A stretch of 63,110 nucleotides of DNA, filler included, from Octopus bimaculoides (GCF_001194135.2; 6 parts of 5 records of this genome joined end to end with filler, not necessarily neighbours in it), one strand, 5' to 3'; shown: positions 12,511 to 24,719, counted from the first letter of the whole stretch. Translations and numbers: made by a program. The notes: generated from the letters alone by a model not told the origin.

Positions 12511-13732
12511 GACCAGATGGAATAAAATCTAAGCAAGTTAATACATGGGCGATAGCATCATTTCAGTATGAAGCTGGAATCATAAGCTGGCAAAAGAAAG
12601 AACTGATAAACAAGGATACGAAGACAAGAAAAATATTGCCAGTGCACGGAGCCTTCCACTCTAAGAGTGACACCAATAGGCTCTACTTGTCCAGAAGAAA
12701 GGGTGAGAGGAGATTGATCAGTTGCCATAATTGTATCAAAGCAGAGGAAAACAGTTTAGGGTGGTATGCAAAAGATACCGTGGAACCATTGTTGAAACAT
12801 GTGAAGAAGTCTGGCATCATCAAAATTCATAATTGCATAAAGAAAGAAAGACTTAAAGAGGAAAAGGACACAAAAAGGAAGCAGTATAGAAGTAGAAAAA
12901 ATGTATGGTCAGTTTGCAAAAGATATGAACACCAAGACAGATACAGAAGACTGGTGACTATGGATCAGGAGGAGTGACCTGAAGATAGAGATAAAAGCAC
13001 TTATATGTGCAGCACAAGAACAAGCGTTAAGGACTAATTATGTGCAGTGCAGAATCGATAACACTGCCAATCATGACAAATGCAGAATGTGTGGTGACAG
13101 AGGTGAAATGGTATAGCACATCATTAGCGAATGCCCAAAATTGGCACAACGCAAATACAAAAGACGCTATGACAATGTGACAAGAATGATCCATTGGGAG
13201 CTCTGTGGAAATCACAGCCTACAAAGAGCAAGGACGTGGTATGAGCAAACCCCAGAATGAGTCACTGAGAATGAAAATGGCAAAATCCTGTGGGATGCAA
13301 TGATTCAGTATGATCACCTGACCAGACATTGGAAACCAGACGTTGTGGTGAATAAAAAAGAGAGAACTTGCATGATAATCAACATAGCATGTCCCAACAA
13401 AAAAGAAGAAAAACTGAACAACTGCAGTGATTTGATGTGAGAAATAAGAAGCTTATGGTCAATGAGGAGAGTAGACGTGATCCCACTAGTAATCGGCACA
13501 CTTGGAAGTATCTGCACTCAGCTACCAATATGGCTCAAAAAAGTTGGTACAAATGTAAAGATAGAACACCTACAAAAATCAGCATTGCTTGGAACTGCAA
13601 GAACTCTTCACAGAATTCTTGAAGCATGATCAGTAAACGAGTGTCATCTTAGTCTGCTGGCTGTGGACAGCTGACACTTTCCATCATACCCAGCAAAATA
13701 AGCTGAGAGTTTTCATCAAATAATAACAATAA
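12511..13732 (+). mobile_element. 5'-truncated R4/Dong-like retrotransposon with 3' UTR
   Basis: VNTWAIASFQYEAG, HGAFHSKSDTNRLYLSRRKG, CRMCGDRGEMV*HIISECPKL, WKPDVVV, LQKSALLGTARTLHRILEA*; short (AAT)n at both ends. Confidence 0.9.
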
Positions 13733-16700
13733 TGTATATATGTATTCATACAAATATGCACATGCACATACATGCAGTAACAATAAGGATGATTAGAGTC
13801 GAGTACTCAGTTGTTGAAGAAATCTCAATAAAACTCTACTTCATCCAGCCGATTCCACTTTTCTTTTCGCAGTGATATTGTGTAAAAAAATAATCCTTTA
13901 CAACTATTAGTTTAGTTTTGTTTAATTTTACTCATTGTTGATAGGAATATATAGATTTGATCAGTGGGACATCATATTATTGTAGCAGTATTCAAAATCG
14001 AATCGCTAGTTATGCAGTCAGACATCACGAGCGAACCACAATAGTTTCGTGTGATTGAACTTGAAAGCAACCACTCAGCGACAATCCATCGCATGATTCA
14101 GTCTTCTAGAATCTTCTTGTCATCTTGTCACTCTATAAAAGACCACTATGGTGCCGAAACTACATGCAGAATGTTGAGGCCAGACGGCCCAAGCAGACAT
14201 CCAAGACAGATGACCAAGAACTTCTGTCGCCTCGAAGACAGCTCACCAATAGCTTTCTATAATCTCAGAACATTATCTCTCTCCCAGTCTATAACTATCA
14301 CTGTTGTTAACTGTAAATAGCCAACATAGCTTGTCTTCATGTGCGACAATAAATTCTTCAGTTAAATGTTCGTGGATGTTCAGTTACTTCTTCACGCAAC
14401 CAAGAAGCATATTTTCATCCATTAACTCAACCAGCTACCATAGCGACATTGATGAAACAGCATAATATAACCCGTGACATTGGTGACACAGCCAACTACA
14501 ACCATAACTGTATCAAACACAAACACCGTTGACATATCAGTAACTTAGTAATCTGACAAAAAATGCAAATTGGTTTGTCTGATTTAATAAATCTCTTGTT
14601 GATAGTAAGTATAAATATAGTGTTATGAAGGAGAAAATAAAGTTCTAGTTACTGCAAAATTATCGCACAATATTATTATAGTGTGACAGGCAATCATCTG
14701 CAGCAAATGGAAAATCTAATATGATAAATATAATTTAAAATAATACTACTCAAAATACTGTTTTCTAGTTCAACTAAAGAAAATGAATAATGGATCCATA
14801 ATTAATTCTAATTAGAAATAATATTCATTGATTAGGTGACTGATTCAAAACATGCTGCATGTTCTCCCTATGAATTTTTGGCACGCTTTTACTGCGAGGT
14901 AGACTATATAAATTGGTGAGTGAACACATGGTGGTCAGTTGACCAGAAGGTGTGAAGCCAGGTGACAAAGAACAACAGTCGGTGTGAAATCGGGTGATGA
15001 ACAACAGTCTGTGTGAAGCTGGGTGACGAAGAAATACAGTTAGTATGAAGTTGGGAGATGGACTACAGTCAGTGGGAATCCAGGCAATCAAGAACTACAT
15101 TATACAAGACATCCAGCCGTGCACAACTATCTTCCTCTCTGGGCAAGTTGGCTTGCTGGGCTGGTCCGCAGTTTCCCAGTTGCTGACTTGGCTGTTGGAG
15201 CTGTGTTGGTGTCAGGACATGTTTTGCAACAAAAGTTTCTCCTGGAAATTTCAGGTAGTTGTCCATGAAATTTCAATAAAAAGTGAAACTGCTCCCCTTC
15301 TCTTATTTTTTGTTTTTTTTGTTTTTGACCACAATGAAATATTGTAAAAAGGCTGTCATTTATGACTATCTAATATATTTTGATTGGGTTTAATTTAAAA
15401 ACACTGTGTTAGCTGAAATCTACGGGTTTAATCTTTTGTATATTGTACTTTTGAATAGGTTTCGTAAATTTTATCCAAAAACTGTTTTTCTAGCAATGGC
15501 TGACCCTCTCTGTCGAAGTTGTTTAGTTGGTGTCAAGGCAATCCATTGAACTGGTTTAGAAAACATGGCATGATCTCTCTGAAGAGGAAAATTCATATAA
15601 CTAACCAAAGACATCAGGAAAAAGTAAAGGCTGGTTTGGGCTGGGCTGGATCAAAATTACTGATTTTGTTATACTTAAAGTTGTTCTGCTAGTGATCCTG
15701 TAATATAATGTCATTGTATGTTTTATTTGTACCAAGAAAAATAGAAAGTTGTGATGCACAAGTGATTTACAAGCATCTTGAAGCTCAAATATCCTAGAAA
15801 CTCACAGCATAAATAATTCATCTTGTGATGAACAATGTATTTCTGGAGTTGATTAAGAAGTATCAACTTGTAAGAACGACGGATCGGGTCGGATGCCTCG
15901 TATTTATTCCGGTTCTTTATGTTCTGAGTTCAAATCCAATCATGGTCTCCTTAGGTGGTAGCCTTTAATCATCATGCTGTTTAACCTTGTCCTTGTGTGC
16001 CTTTAGTGGAATATTCAGACCAGATCTCTAGTTTGAACATACCTTCCTCACACCAGTTTCTAAACCCATGTAAAAGGTTGTGGACTCCGTCTTTTTCCCC
16101 ATGATTTTTAAAAATCTTTGTTGATTAAAAGTAAAATTGATTGAAGTTTTTTTTTTTTCAATTTAAAATTTGAACTTGAGAAAAACTTTGATGCAAGCTG
16201 GAAACGATTTGTCAATTCGAATAGAAATGAATCTTCTTAATTACAAATTGAATTGAAATCAATTTGAAAACAAAAATATTGAAATTTTCAACTTTGAATT
16301 CATTAAAAAAAAAAATGTTCAGAAATTATATCTCTATTTTAGTTAACAATCACCACGTCTAAAATTTTTGTTTGTGGAAGCAATTCCTTTTTCTCAATCC
16401 TCTATTTCATCTACTGAAAAACTGGAAAATAATCCACCCAAATAAATGAATTAAAAAGAAAAAATCTGAATGGAGACTTTAAAAAAATGTAATCAATATG
16501 TTATATTTTTATGAAGAGTTGTACTGATAGTAATTTCAGACTTAATACATGTAGGTGTTTATGTTGTTTAGCCCCAGGTTAGCCATGATCCAATAGATTT
16601 GCTCGTTGATCAAAGGGATTACAACAGTGTGTGTGTGTCTCTTTTTTTTTTTTTTTTTTTCCAAGCAGTGTGCTTTTTCATTTTAAAGACAGTGAGATGT

Positions 16701-16784
16701 AATTTGAGGTTAAGTGTGGCTGATATTTTAGCAAAGCTAACGATTGCTTAAGATTCTCACTCTTTGTCACATTTGTCATCGTTA

Positions 16785-16785
<1 letters not shown>

Positions 16786-16824
<39 letters not shown>

Positions 16825-16945
16825 GTTTCAAATTTTGCCAGAAGGGCACCCATTTGGGTGGGGTGCTGAGTCGATTACATCGACCCAGTGTTTCACAGGT
16901 ACCTAATTTATCGACCTCGAAAGGGTGAAAGGCAAAGTCGGCCTC
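16786..16945 (-). mobile_element. SINE family A 3' part with (ATT)n tail
   Basis: (AAT)n at 16786-16821 then ggtttcaaatttt...gtcgattacatcgaccc...gaaaggcaaagtcggcctcg. Confidence 0.8.
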
Positions 16946-17640
16946 GAAATAACAATAAGCTATACACGAAGGTAGAAAGAGAGCGTGTGTGTACGCACGA
17001 AGGATGTTTTACATACATACATATATGTATGCGCGCATGCATGCATCCACCCACAAAAGGTTGGACGGAATGAAAAAAATATCCTGCAACGTTGCGGTCG
17101 CGGAATAATATTTCAAACGGAACTCCGGATACACTTACACCGATTCTATATGATTTATTTATTTTTATATCTACTGATTTGTTGTTTGTTTTGTGTGTTT
17201 GACAAGTGGGTTTTAAAGTAATGTCTTATAGACAACCTAACGTGTTGTTGGTGAGGGGGTCAGTGTCGAAGGCTAGGAAGGGATTGCCTAAATATTGCAA
17301 TTATTATAACAAGGATCTCCAAACAAACAAATAAGTCAGAAGCAACTGATTAATTATAGGTACAGCTATTGGCTTGTCTTTAAGGTATAGTATTATATAC
17401 ATATATATATATATCGAGAGAAAGAATGTGTTTGTGTGCATAAGTATTATCTCCTGTCAAAATTTGAAATATATATTGCTTGTATAAAATAGTGAATGTA
17501 TTCATGCAGAATTGTGTGTATAAATTTATATTTGTAACCATGCTTTTGTGACTTAGTTATGATTTAAGATGTATATCTGATGAATATGTGTGTGCATAAA
17601 ATGCCTACTCTGTGTGTGTCTATATATATATATATATATA

Positions 17641-18200
17641 CACCGGAGTAAGCACATAAATGCGATACATGGTGGAAAAAATAGTACTCGAATACCAGAG
17701 GTAGAGTAATATGCTTTATTGAAAAGCAGCAAAAAATATGGTAGAGACGGACTATATGTAATCTGAACCTTTCCCCCCTTATTTATTAATTTTTTTTACG
17801 GAATCCCACGTTTTAGGCTATGGAGATTCCGATTCTGAAAAAAAATTNNNNNNNNNNNNNNNNNNNNNNNNNNNNNNNNNNNNNNNNNNNNNNNNNNNNN
17901 NNNNNNNNNNNNNNNNNNNNNNNNNNNNNNNNNNNNNNNNNNNNNNNNNNNNNNNNNNNNNNNNNNNNNNNNNNNNNNNNNNNNNNNNNNNNNNNNNNNN
18001 NNNNNNNNNNNNNNNNNNNNNNNNNNNNNNNNNNNNNNNNNNNNNNNNNNNTACATGGTGGAAAAAATAGTACTCGAATACCAGAGGTAGAGTAATATGC
18101 TTTATTGAAAAGCAGCAAAAAATATGGTAGAGACGGACTATATGTAATCACAAAAACTGTTACTCAGAGTTTCACGTTCCCGTTCGTCGGACAGTTTTGT
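17641..18200 (-). mobile_element. Hammerhead-bearing Penelope-like or retrozyme-like repeat, partial tandem, gap inside
   Basis: 98-bp identical direct repeat (17666-17763 = 18052-18149), AATAAA on the minus strand, hammerhead at 18153-18198, TA-rich flanks. Confidence 0.55.
18153..18198 (-). ncRNA. Minimal type I hammerhead ribozyme (putative)
   Basis: Minus strand AAAACUGU-CCGACGA-ACG GGAA CGU-GAAA-CUC U GAG-UA-ACAGUUUU: 8-bp stem I, 3-bp stem II with GNRA loop, palindromic stem III, GUA cleavage triplet; one core deviation (U4C). Confidence 0.75.
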
Positions 18201-18529
18201 TTATGTATATGTACACATACATACATACACACACATTTATGCATATGTATACATCTATGCAGAAATAAGTTTATAGTGTATGTACTATGGAATGCATGTA
18301 ATTTTGTTTATGTGTGTGTGTGTGAAAGGATAGATGAATATGTGAGTAAGTGGATTTGATTTTATGTATATTTATTGTGTATAATTTGTGCTGAGCAAAT
18401 GTGATTGTAGAATGCATATGATATCTATGCATAGAGTGATATGTATGAAATTACGTGAAGGAACGAAAATATAAATTCTACTACACTCTATAATACTCTG
18501 AGACTTCGTACCTAATTAAATAATAATCA

Positions 18530-18840
18530 TTTGGAGTATAAGCACAAGGCCTGAAATTTTGTGGAGAGGGGGCTAGTCCATTACATCGACCTTAGTGCTC
18601 AACTGGTTAATAATAGTAATAATAATAATTTCTGATTTAGGTAAAAGGGTGCAGTTTTTAGCGGGGAGGCTTTAGTCGATAACTTTGATGCCAATACTTG
18701 ACTAGTATATTATTTTATCGACCCCTGAGCGATGAAAAAGGTATAGTTAACTTCGTCGAGATTTGAACCCAGAATGTAAAGAGCTGGAAGAAATACCGCC
18801 AAGCCTTTTGCCTAGCTCTCTAACGGTTTGGCCAATCCAC
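18530..18840 (-). mobile_element. SINE family A, diverged, two pieces
   Basis: tagtccattacatcgacc; ttatcgacccct...gatttgaacccagaatgtaaag...ctaacggtttggcca. Confidence 0.7.
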
Positions 18841-19279
18841 GTAGTAATAATGATAATAACAAATATCATTATTTAATTACTGCAAACGCAACGGACAACC
18901 AATATGAGGCAAAGCAAATATTGTTTTCATTTGATATAATTTCTAGTAAATTTCAAAATGTAGAAATAAGAATGCACACACACACACACATACTTATTTA
19001 CCAAGGCGAACTAGGTCCACAACGACCAGATTTCGATTCCTGTTAAAGCAAACTATTTTTTCTCTGTACCTATGATATCTATAAATTTTACCATCTATTG
19101 AAGGTTTGTATGTAACAGCGGATCGGCAGTTTCATGAGAACATCGGACAAAATGCATTGCAATATTTATTTACATTCTTTGCGAGGTCTGAGTTCAAATC
19201 CTACCGTGGTTAACTCATATGTATATGTGTGTGTGTGTATACATATGACATATATAAAACATATGTACTGTAGTCACAA

Positions 19280-19328
<49 letters not shown>

Positions 19329-19386
19329 TGTGTGTGTTGTTGGTTCTTCCTTGTTTCTTGGTAAAAAAAATATTCATGCTCCTTCA

Positions 19387-20130
19387 TTAATGTTGGCACT
19401 TCTGATGGCTGGTAAAACCAATTTTCGAATGGAACAATTGCCCACGGATGTCACATCTGATGGTCAGCAGATGCCTTGGTTGGAGTTGGCAGGTCTTTTG
19501 CTGTGGCCATTTATCCTTTATGTTTCTTTGAGGATGTTTTTCAAAATGTTCTATACAGATCTTGATGATGTCACATCATGTTGTTCTGTCTTCTGCGAGT
19601 TGCTCCCAAGCTTTATGGTTAGTGTTGATGCTCTAAATTATCTGTTTCAGTTGATCTTTGTAATGTCACATGGGGAAGCCATGTGGTCTCTTGCCGGTGC
19701 TAAGTTCACTGTAGATGATTCAGCTTGGCAGTCTGCTACTATTCATGCAGTAGACATGACCTGCATTTTTGAAATGTTTGATGATAATGAACTCAGTACT
19801 GTTGGCTCTGGCCCATTCAGGACTGCAAGGTCATTGACATAGTTATATCATTTGATGTTCTTAATTGATAGTAATTTTTTGGTCAATGAAATTGTTCCAA
19901 TGACAATACAAAGCCCATGTCTCACTACCAAAGAGTAAAGTGGAAATAACCTTGACCTGATACACTGAGCTTAGTTTGTAGTGTCAGATTTTTGTTTTCA
20001 AAGACTTGCTGAAAGAGTTTTCTGAAAGTGACATGAGTAGCTTGTATCCTGTTCTTGATGTCTTTCTTGAAATTCCATTGTGTAAAGAAGATGCTTAACT
20101 GATCTATTTGTTCCAATGGTGTGTTGATCG
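19387..20130 (-). mobile_element. RTE-clade LINE 3' fragment
   Basis: KKDIKNRIQATHVTFRKLFQQVFENKNLTLQTKLSV, SRLPS*IIYSELSTGKRPHG, HYKDQLKQ, AWEQLAEDR and a terminal C2H2-like CDIRGQLFHSKIGFTSHQKCQH*. Confidence 0.85.
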
Positions 20131-20999
20131 ATGTTTTTTGCTTAAGTTCTCTTTGTTTTTTTTTCACTGTATGTACATTTTTACTTTAATATTGTAACTT
20201 TTTTTCAAACACAGTCTTGCCTATCACTTTTTAGCCTCGTGTAAATATATATACATATATTTTTTCGTTTTTCAATATTAATATGTATATGTATAACTCT
20301 CTATGGTTTTCTTCTACTAGTCCATCTGTTATGTTATATTCTACTATACACACGTGGCCCTGTTTATTATACTTTGTCTCGACCTGTTACCATATTTTTC
20401 TTAAATATACCCGTTAGCTTTTCATTCTTATTTTTATAATATAGTTTACCGCACATATAGACGTGCATACACTTTGATATGTCTGTCTTTTTTCCCTTTT
20501 GTCTCTCTTACTATTATCATTACTGTTATTTTTTCCCCTTTTAAAATTTGCTTCCAAATATCCGATTTTTTTCCCTATTACCCCATTTGTATTCTCCTTT
20601 ATTGTATCTTACTTTAATTTACCTTATTTTATTTAGGCCTCTTTTGATATCCTTACAAAAATTCCTCACACTGATGAAAATGACAATGCATAAATTTAAT
20701 TATAATTACTATGGTTATAATTTTTTTCTTACATATTTGTATTGTCCTTTGAAATGCGTGTATGTATTGAATCTATTTTGTATTAAATGTGATTTTGATT
20801 CAATATCTTTTTCTCCTCCATTTTTCTATAATTGTTTATGGTATTTTTATACATGTAACAATATTTTTCAACTACTGTTTTCATAGTCTTATTACTTANN
20901 NNNNNNNNNNNNNNNNNNNNNNNNNNNNNNNNNNNNNNNNNNNNNNNNNNNNNNNNNNNNNNNNNNNNNNNNNNNNNNNNNNNNNNNNNNNNNNNNNNA

Positions 21000-21330
21000 A
21001 TCAACAACAATTGACTACAATGCAGTATTATTTTTTTGATACAAAACTTTATCCTATCTAACAGCCATTTCTGCTTCCAATGTCCTGCAGTGTTGCCAAA
21101 GAAATTTCTGAGAATAGTATTCGTTATGTTTTGTGAGACTTCCAATTTGGAACATTGAGCTTCACCAGAATGAAGAAGAATACATATCAGATGTGTTACA
21201 AAATATGACTAATATTATTCTCAGAAATTTCTTTGGCAACACTGTAAAACATTGAAAGCAGAAATGGCTGTTAGATGGGTTAAAATTTTGTATTAAAAAA
21301 TAATAATCGATGGTAGTGAATTGTTGTTGA
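21000..21330. repeat. About 135-bp inverted duplication (21000-21135 / 21197-21330)
   Basis: tcaacaacaatt...ctaacagccatttctgctt...gtgttgccaaagaaatttctgagaata mirrored; roughly 85% identity by eye. Confidence 0.9.
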
Positions 21331-21639
21331 TCAAGATTTCTACATTTTCTGCTGAATCTAAAATTGATTCCTGATAAACTCTTGTTTATCTTTGTTATTG
21401 CCCATATCGTATGGGCATAGTATGCTGGCATATGTATGTCCAGGGTTAACATAGGTAATTTATACTGGTAGTATAATGGATTTTCTTATCCCTTAGACTA
21501 TTATTCTACTCGCCTATGTATGTATATATATATATATAATAATATGAATATATAGATATATGCATATATCCATACATATATGTACATACCTACATCTCTA
21601 TGTATACATAGATGCATATATGGGTACAGGACATTAAAA

Positions 21640-22030
21640 AAAAACGTTAAACACAATGAGAAATGAAAAACGAAAACATAAAAATGAAGACAGAAAACGA
21701 ACTTTTTTCAAAGAACGAAAAAAACAAACAGAAATGAGACATGCAACATAAAGAGATATCCCTTCGTCAGTTGTCCCTGTTCCATCCACTCTGCGTTTCG
21801 AAGGCAAGGACAATACACGACTTTGTTGGAACAGTCCTTCCCACAAAGCAAATTACATAAAAATTGGAATTTTTTGTGGAGGGTGAAAGTGTTAACAAGA
21901 ACAGGACAGTGAGAACAAAACAGTAAAAACAAGTAAAAACACGACAGTAAAACAAACAGTGAGGGCTGTTGAGCCAAGACGATAGAAAAATTATTATGAA
22001 CGCTAAGTAGAAGGGACAGAAAAAGCATGG
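21640..22030 (-). repeat. Dispersed repeat related to 25011-25260 and 25663-25910, probably Penelope-like terminal repeat
   Basis: Shared ctgaYgaaggg...ctttatgtt and ttccaatttttat/ccctccacaa blocks. Confidence 0.55.
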
Positions 22031-22419
22031 CCGTTCTTTAGGAAGACCAGTGGGCAGAAAGAAAGAACCCCGGGGTTCTTTCTTTCTATATATATATATG
22101 TATATATATATATATGTATATATACACCTTGTCTGAAGATATTATGCAAATCGGTTTTATTTTAATAAAATGAATGTACATGTATATAGGAAGCTGAAAT
22201 TTTAGGATGTTGTTACAAATGCTCTTTCTAAATTGTGGTTAAAATTTGACATAGATTTGATCTGTTTTTCATGAATAATTGAGAATTTACTGAAATTGGC
22301 TGTCTGAAGTTATTATGCAAATGTTGGAATTGTTATTTGCTCTGTGTATCGGTGGAATTAAAATATATGAACGTTTTACTAATTCAAAGAACAATCTTTT
22401 AATATATAGTTGAAACAAT

Positions 22420-23640
22420 TTATATATTGATATAACGACCTTTCTTTTCAATTAACATTACTACTCTGTTGTCCATTGAATTTGTTAATTTTCCAATCTG
22501 ATCTACCAAAAAAGGTGGCAAGCTGGCAGAAATGTTAGCATGCCGGGCAAAATGCTCAGTGATATTTCAACTGTCTTTGCATTCTGTGTTCAAATTCTGC
22601 TGATGTCAACTTTGCCTTTCATTCTTTCGGGGTCGATGAATTAAGTACCAGTTGTCTACTGGGGTCGATCTAATCGACTGGACCCCTCCCCAAAACTTTT
22701 GGGCCTTTTGCCTAGAGTAGAAGAGAATTTGATCTGGCAAAACTGCAGCTGTAATACTTTGTATAGTATCCCAGTTATCCCACAGTTCTACCTTACTGTT
22801 GTACTGTTTGCCTCTTTCATACAGTTCCTGTTTGACGATTGACCTGAGGTTTTCTGTTGGGTTCAAGTCAGGACTTGACGGTGGCCACTCCATTATTTTG
22901 TCTTCAGCAAATCATTTGCACCGAAGAAACTCATGAGTTAGGTGAGAAGCATGTGATGGAGCAGAAACTGTGAGGCTGACACTTGTACCATTCAAAGAAA
23001 GTTCAATCCAAGAATTCACAATAATTAGTACCGTTGGGTTTTACACCTTTGTCAACTTTAAATGGTCCAGTGATGGTTCTATTAACAATACTAGCCCATA
23101 TCATTACATCATCACCTCCTTGTTGCCGTCTTCTCGTCATAAGAGCATCTTGGCCTGGCAGAACCCATCCTTTAGCCCATCCATCTTGACTATCTAATGT
23201 GATGCACGATTCATTACTGAATATGATGTTTCTGAAACCTGTTTTTAAGTACTTTCTTGCCCACCTTAGAAGTTTATCAATATTAGTTGGAGATATAGGA
23301 GGCTGGCGAGGAGATTTTTTTCACAAGGCCAATGTCGCGAAGGACTCTACACCTTTTGTCTCTCTTTACTCCAAGAATCCCAGCCATATTAAATACCTTA
23401 TCACTACTGAGTAGTGGGATTTTAGCAACAATGCATTTCAGCTGACGTTTATCTCTCAGGGACAAGTTCTTGAACCCCTTTCCAGACCTTGGTTTCCTGT
23501 TCTTTGTTATATCTTCAATTGTTTTCTTGATTGTTTGATGATCTCAGCCAAGCTGCTTAGAAATGTTTAAAGAGATCATGCTATCACTTAAAAGTTATTT
23601 TCCACTTTTCAGATACTGTAATATCTTTCTTTTTACCCAT
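22420..23640 (-). pseudogene. Tc1-family DDE transposase pseudogene (about 330 aa after removing the SINE)
   Basis: MGKKKDIT... HTH region, IIFSNES (first D changed to N), DGWAKGW, RRQQGGDDVMIWA, SAPSHAS, MEWPPSSPDLNPTENL, ...LPDQI/GKLTNSMDNRVVMLIEKKGRYINI*. Confidence 0.9.
22505..22725 (+). mobile_element. SINE family A nested in the Tc1 transposase, 10-bp TSD
   Basis: Flanked by aatctgatct (22495-22504) and aatttgatct (22726-22735). Confidence 0.9.
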
Positions 23641-24634
23641 GAAATTATTGACCTGCAAAATAATAAAAACATATTATTAACACTGTAAAAATACAAATTC
23701 CAGCATTTGTATAGTAACTTCAGACAGCCATTTTCAGTAAATTCTCAATTACTCATGAAAAACAAATTTCAGCTTCCTATGTACATGTACATTCATTTTA
23801 TCAAAACAAAAATCCGATTTGCATATCTTCAGACAAGGTGTATGTGTATGCGTATGTATATACATATATANNNNNNNNNNNNNNNNNNNNNNNNNNNNNN
23901 NNNNNNNNNNNNNNNNNNNNNNNNNNNNNNNNNNNNNNNNNNNNNNNNNNNNNNNNNNNNNNNNNNNNNNNNNNNNNNNNNNNNNNNNNNNNNNNNNNNN
24001 NNNNNNNNNNNNNNNNNNNNNNNNNNNNNNNNNNNNNNNNNNNNNNNNNNNNNNNNNNNNNNNNNNNNNNNNNNNNNNNNNNNNNNNNNNNNNNNNNNNN
24101 NNNNNNNNNNNNNNNNNNNNNNNNNNNNNNNNNNNNNNNNNNNNNNNNNNNNNNNNNNNNNNNNNNNNNNNNNNNNNNNNNNNNNNNNNNNNNNNNNNNN
24201 NNNNNNNNNNNNNNNNNNNNNNNNNNNNNNNNNNNNNNNNNNNNNNNNNNNNNNNNNNNNNNNNNNNNNNNNNNNNNNNNNNNNNNNNNNNNNNNNNNNN
24301 NNNNNNNNNNNNNNNNNNNNNNNNNNNNNNNNNNNNNNNNNNNNNNNNNNNNNNNNNNNNNNNNNNNNNNNNNNNNNNNNNNNNNNNNNNNNNNNNNNNN
24401 NNNNNNNNNNNNNNNNNNNNNNNNNNNNNNNNNNNNNNNNNNNNNNNNNNNNNNNNNNNNNNNNNNNNNNNNNNNNNNNNNNNNNNNNNNNNNNNNNNNN
24501 NNNNNNNNNNNNNNNNNNNNNNNNNNNNNNNNNNNNNNNNNNNNNNNNNNNNNNNNNNNNNNNNNNNNNNNNNNNNNNNNNNNNNNNNNNNNNNNNNNNN
24601 NNNNNNNNNNNNNNNNNNNNNNNNNNNNNNNNNN

Positions 24635-24665
<31 letters not shown>

Positions 24666-24719
24666 TTACTATAGCCTCACGCTGACCAAAATCTTGAGTG
24701 GATTTCTTACTCAGAAACT

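Larger units (their letters stand above)
22125..23840 (-). mobile_element. Full-length decayed Tc1-like DNA transposon with long IR/DR TIRs and TA TSD
   Basis: TA|CACCTTGTCTGAAG ... CTTCAGACAAGGTG|TA; TIRs about 140-210 bp with a repeated gtctgaag-tattatgcaaat motif; internal transposase. Confidence 0.92.

Noticed and set aside
14353-14480. ILQLNVRG as the start of an AP-endonuclease domain
   Set aside because: Only one short motif; the downstream QET, GDFN and SDH motifs were not found.
19324-19842. 172-aa plus-strand ORF as a membrane protein
   Set aside because: It is the antisense frame of the RTE fragment on the minus strand.
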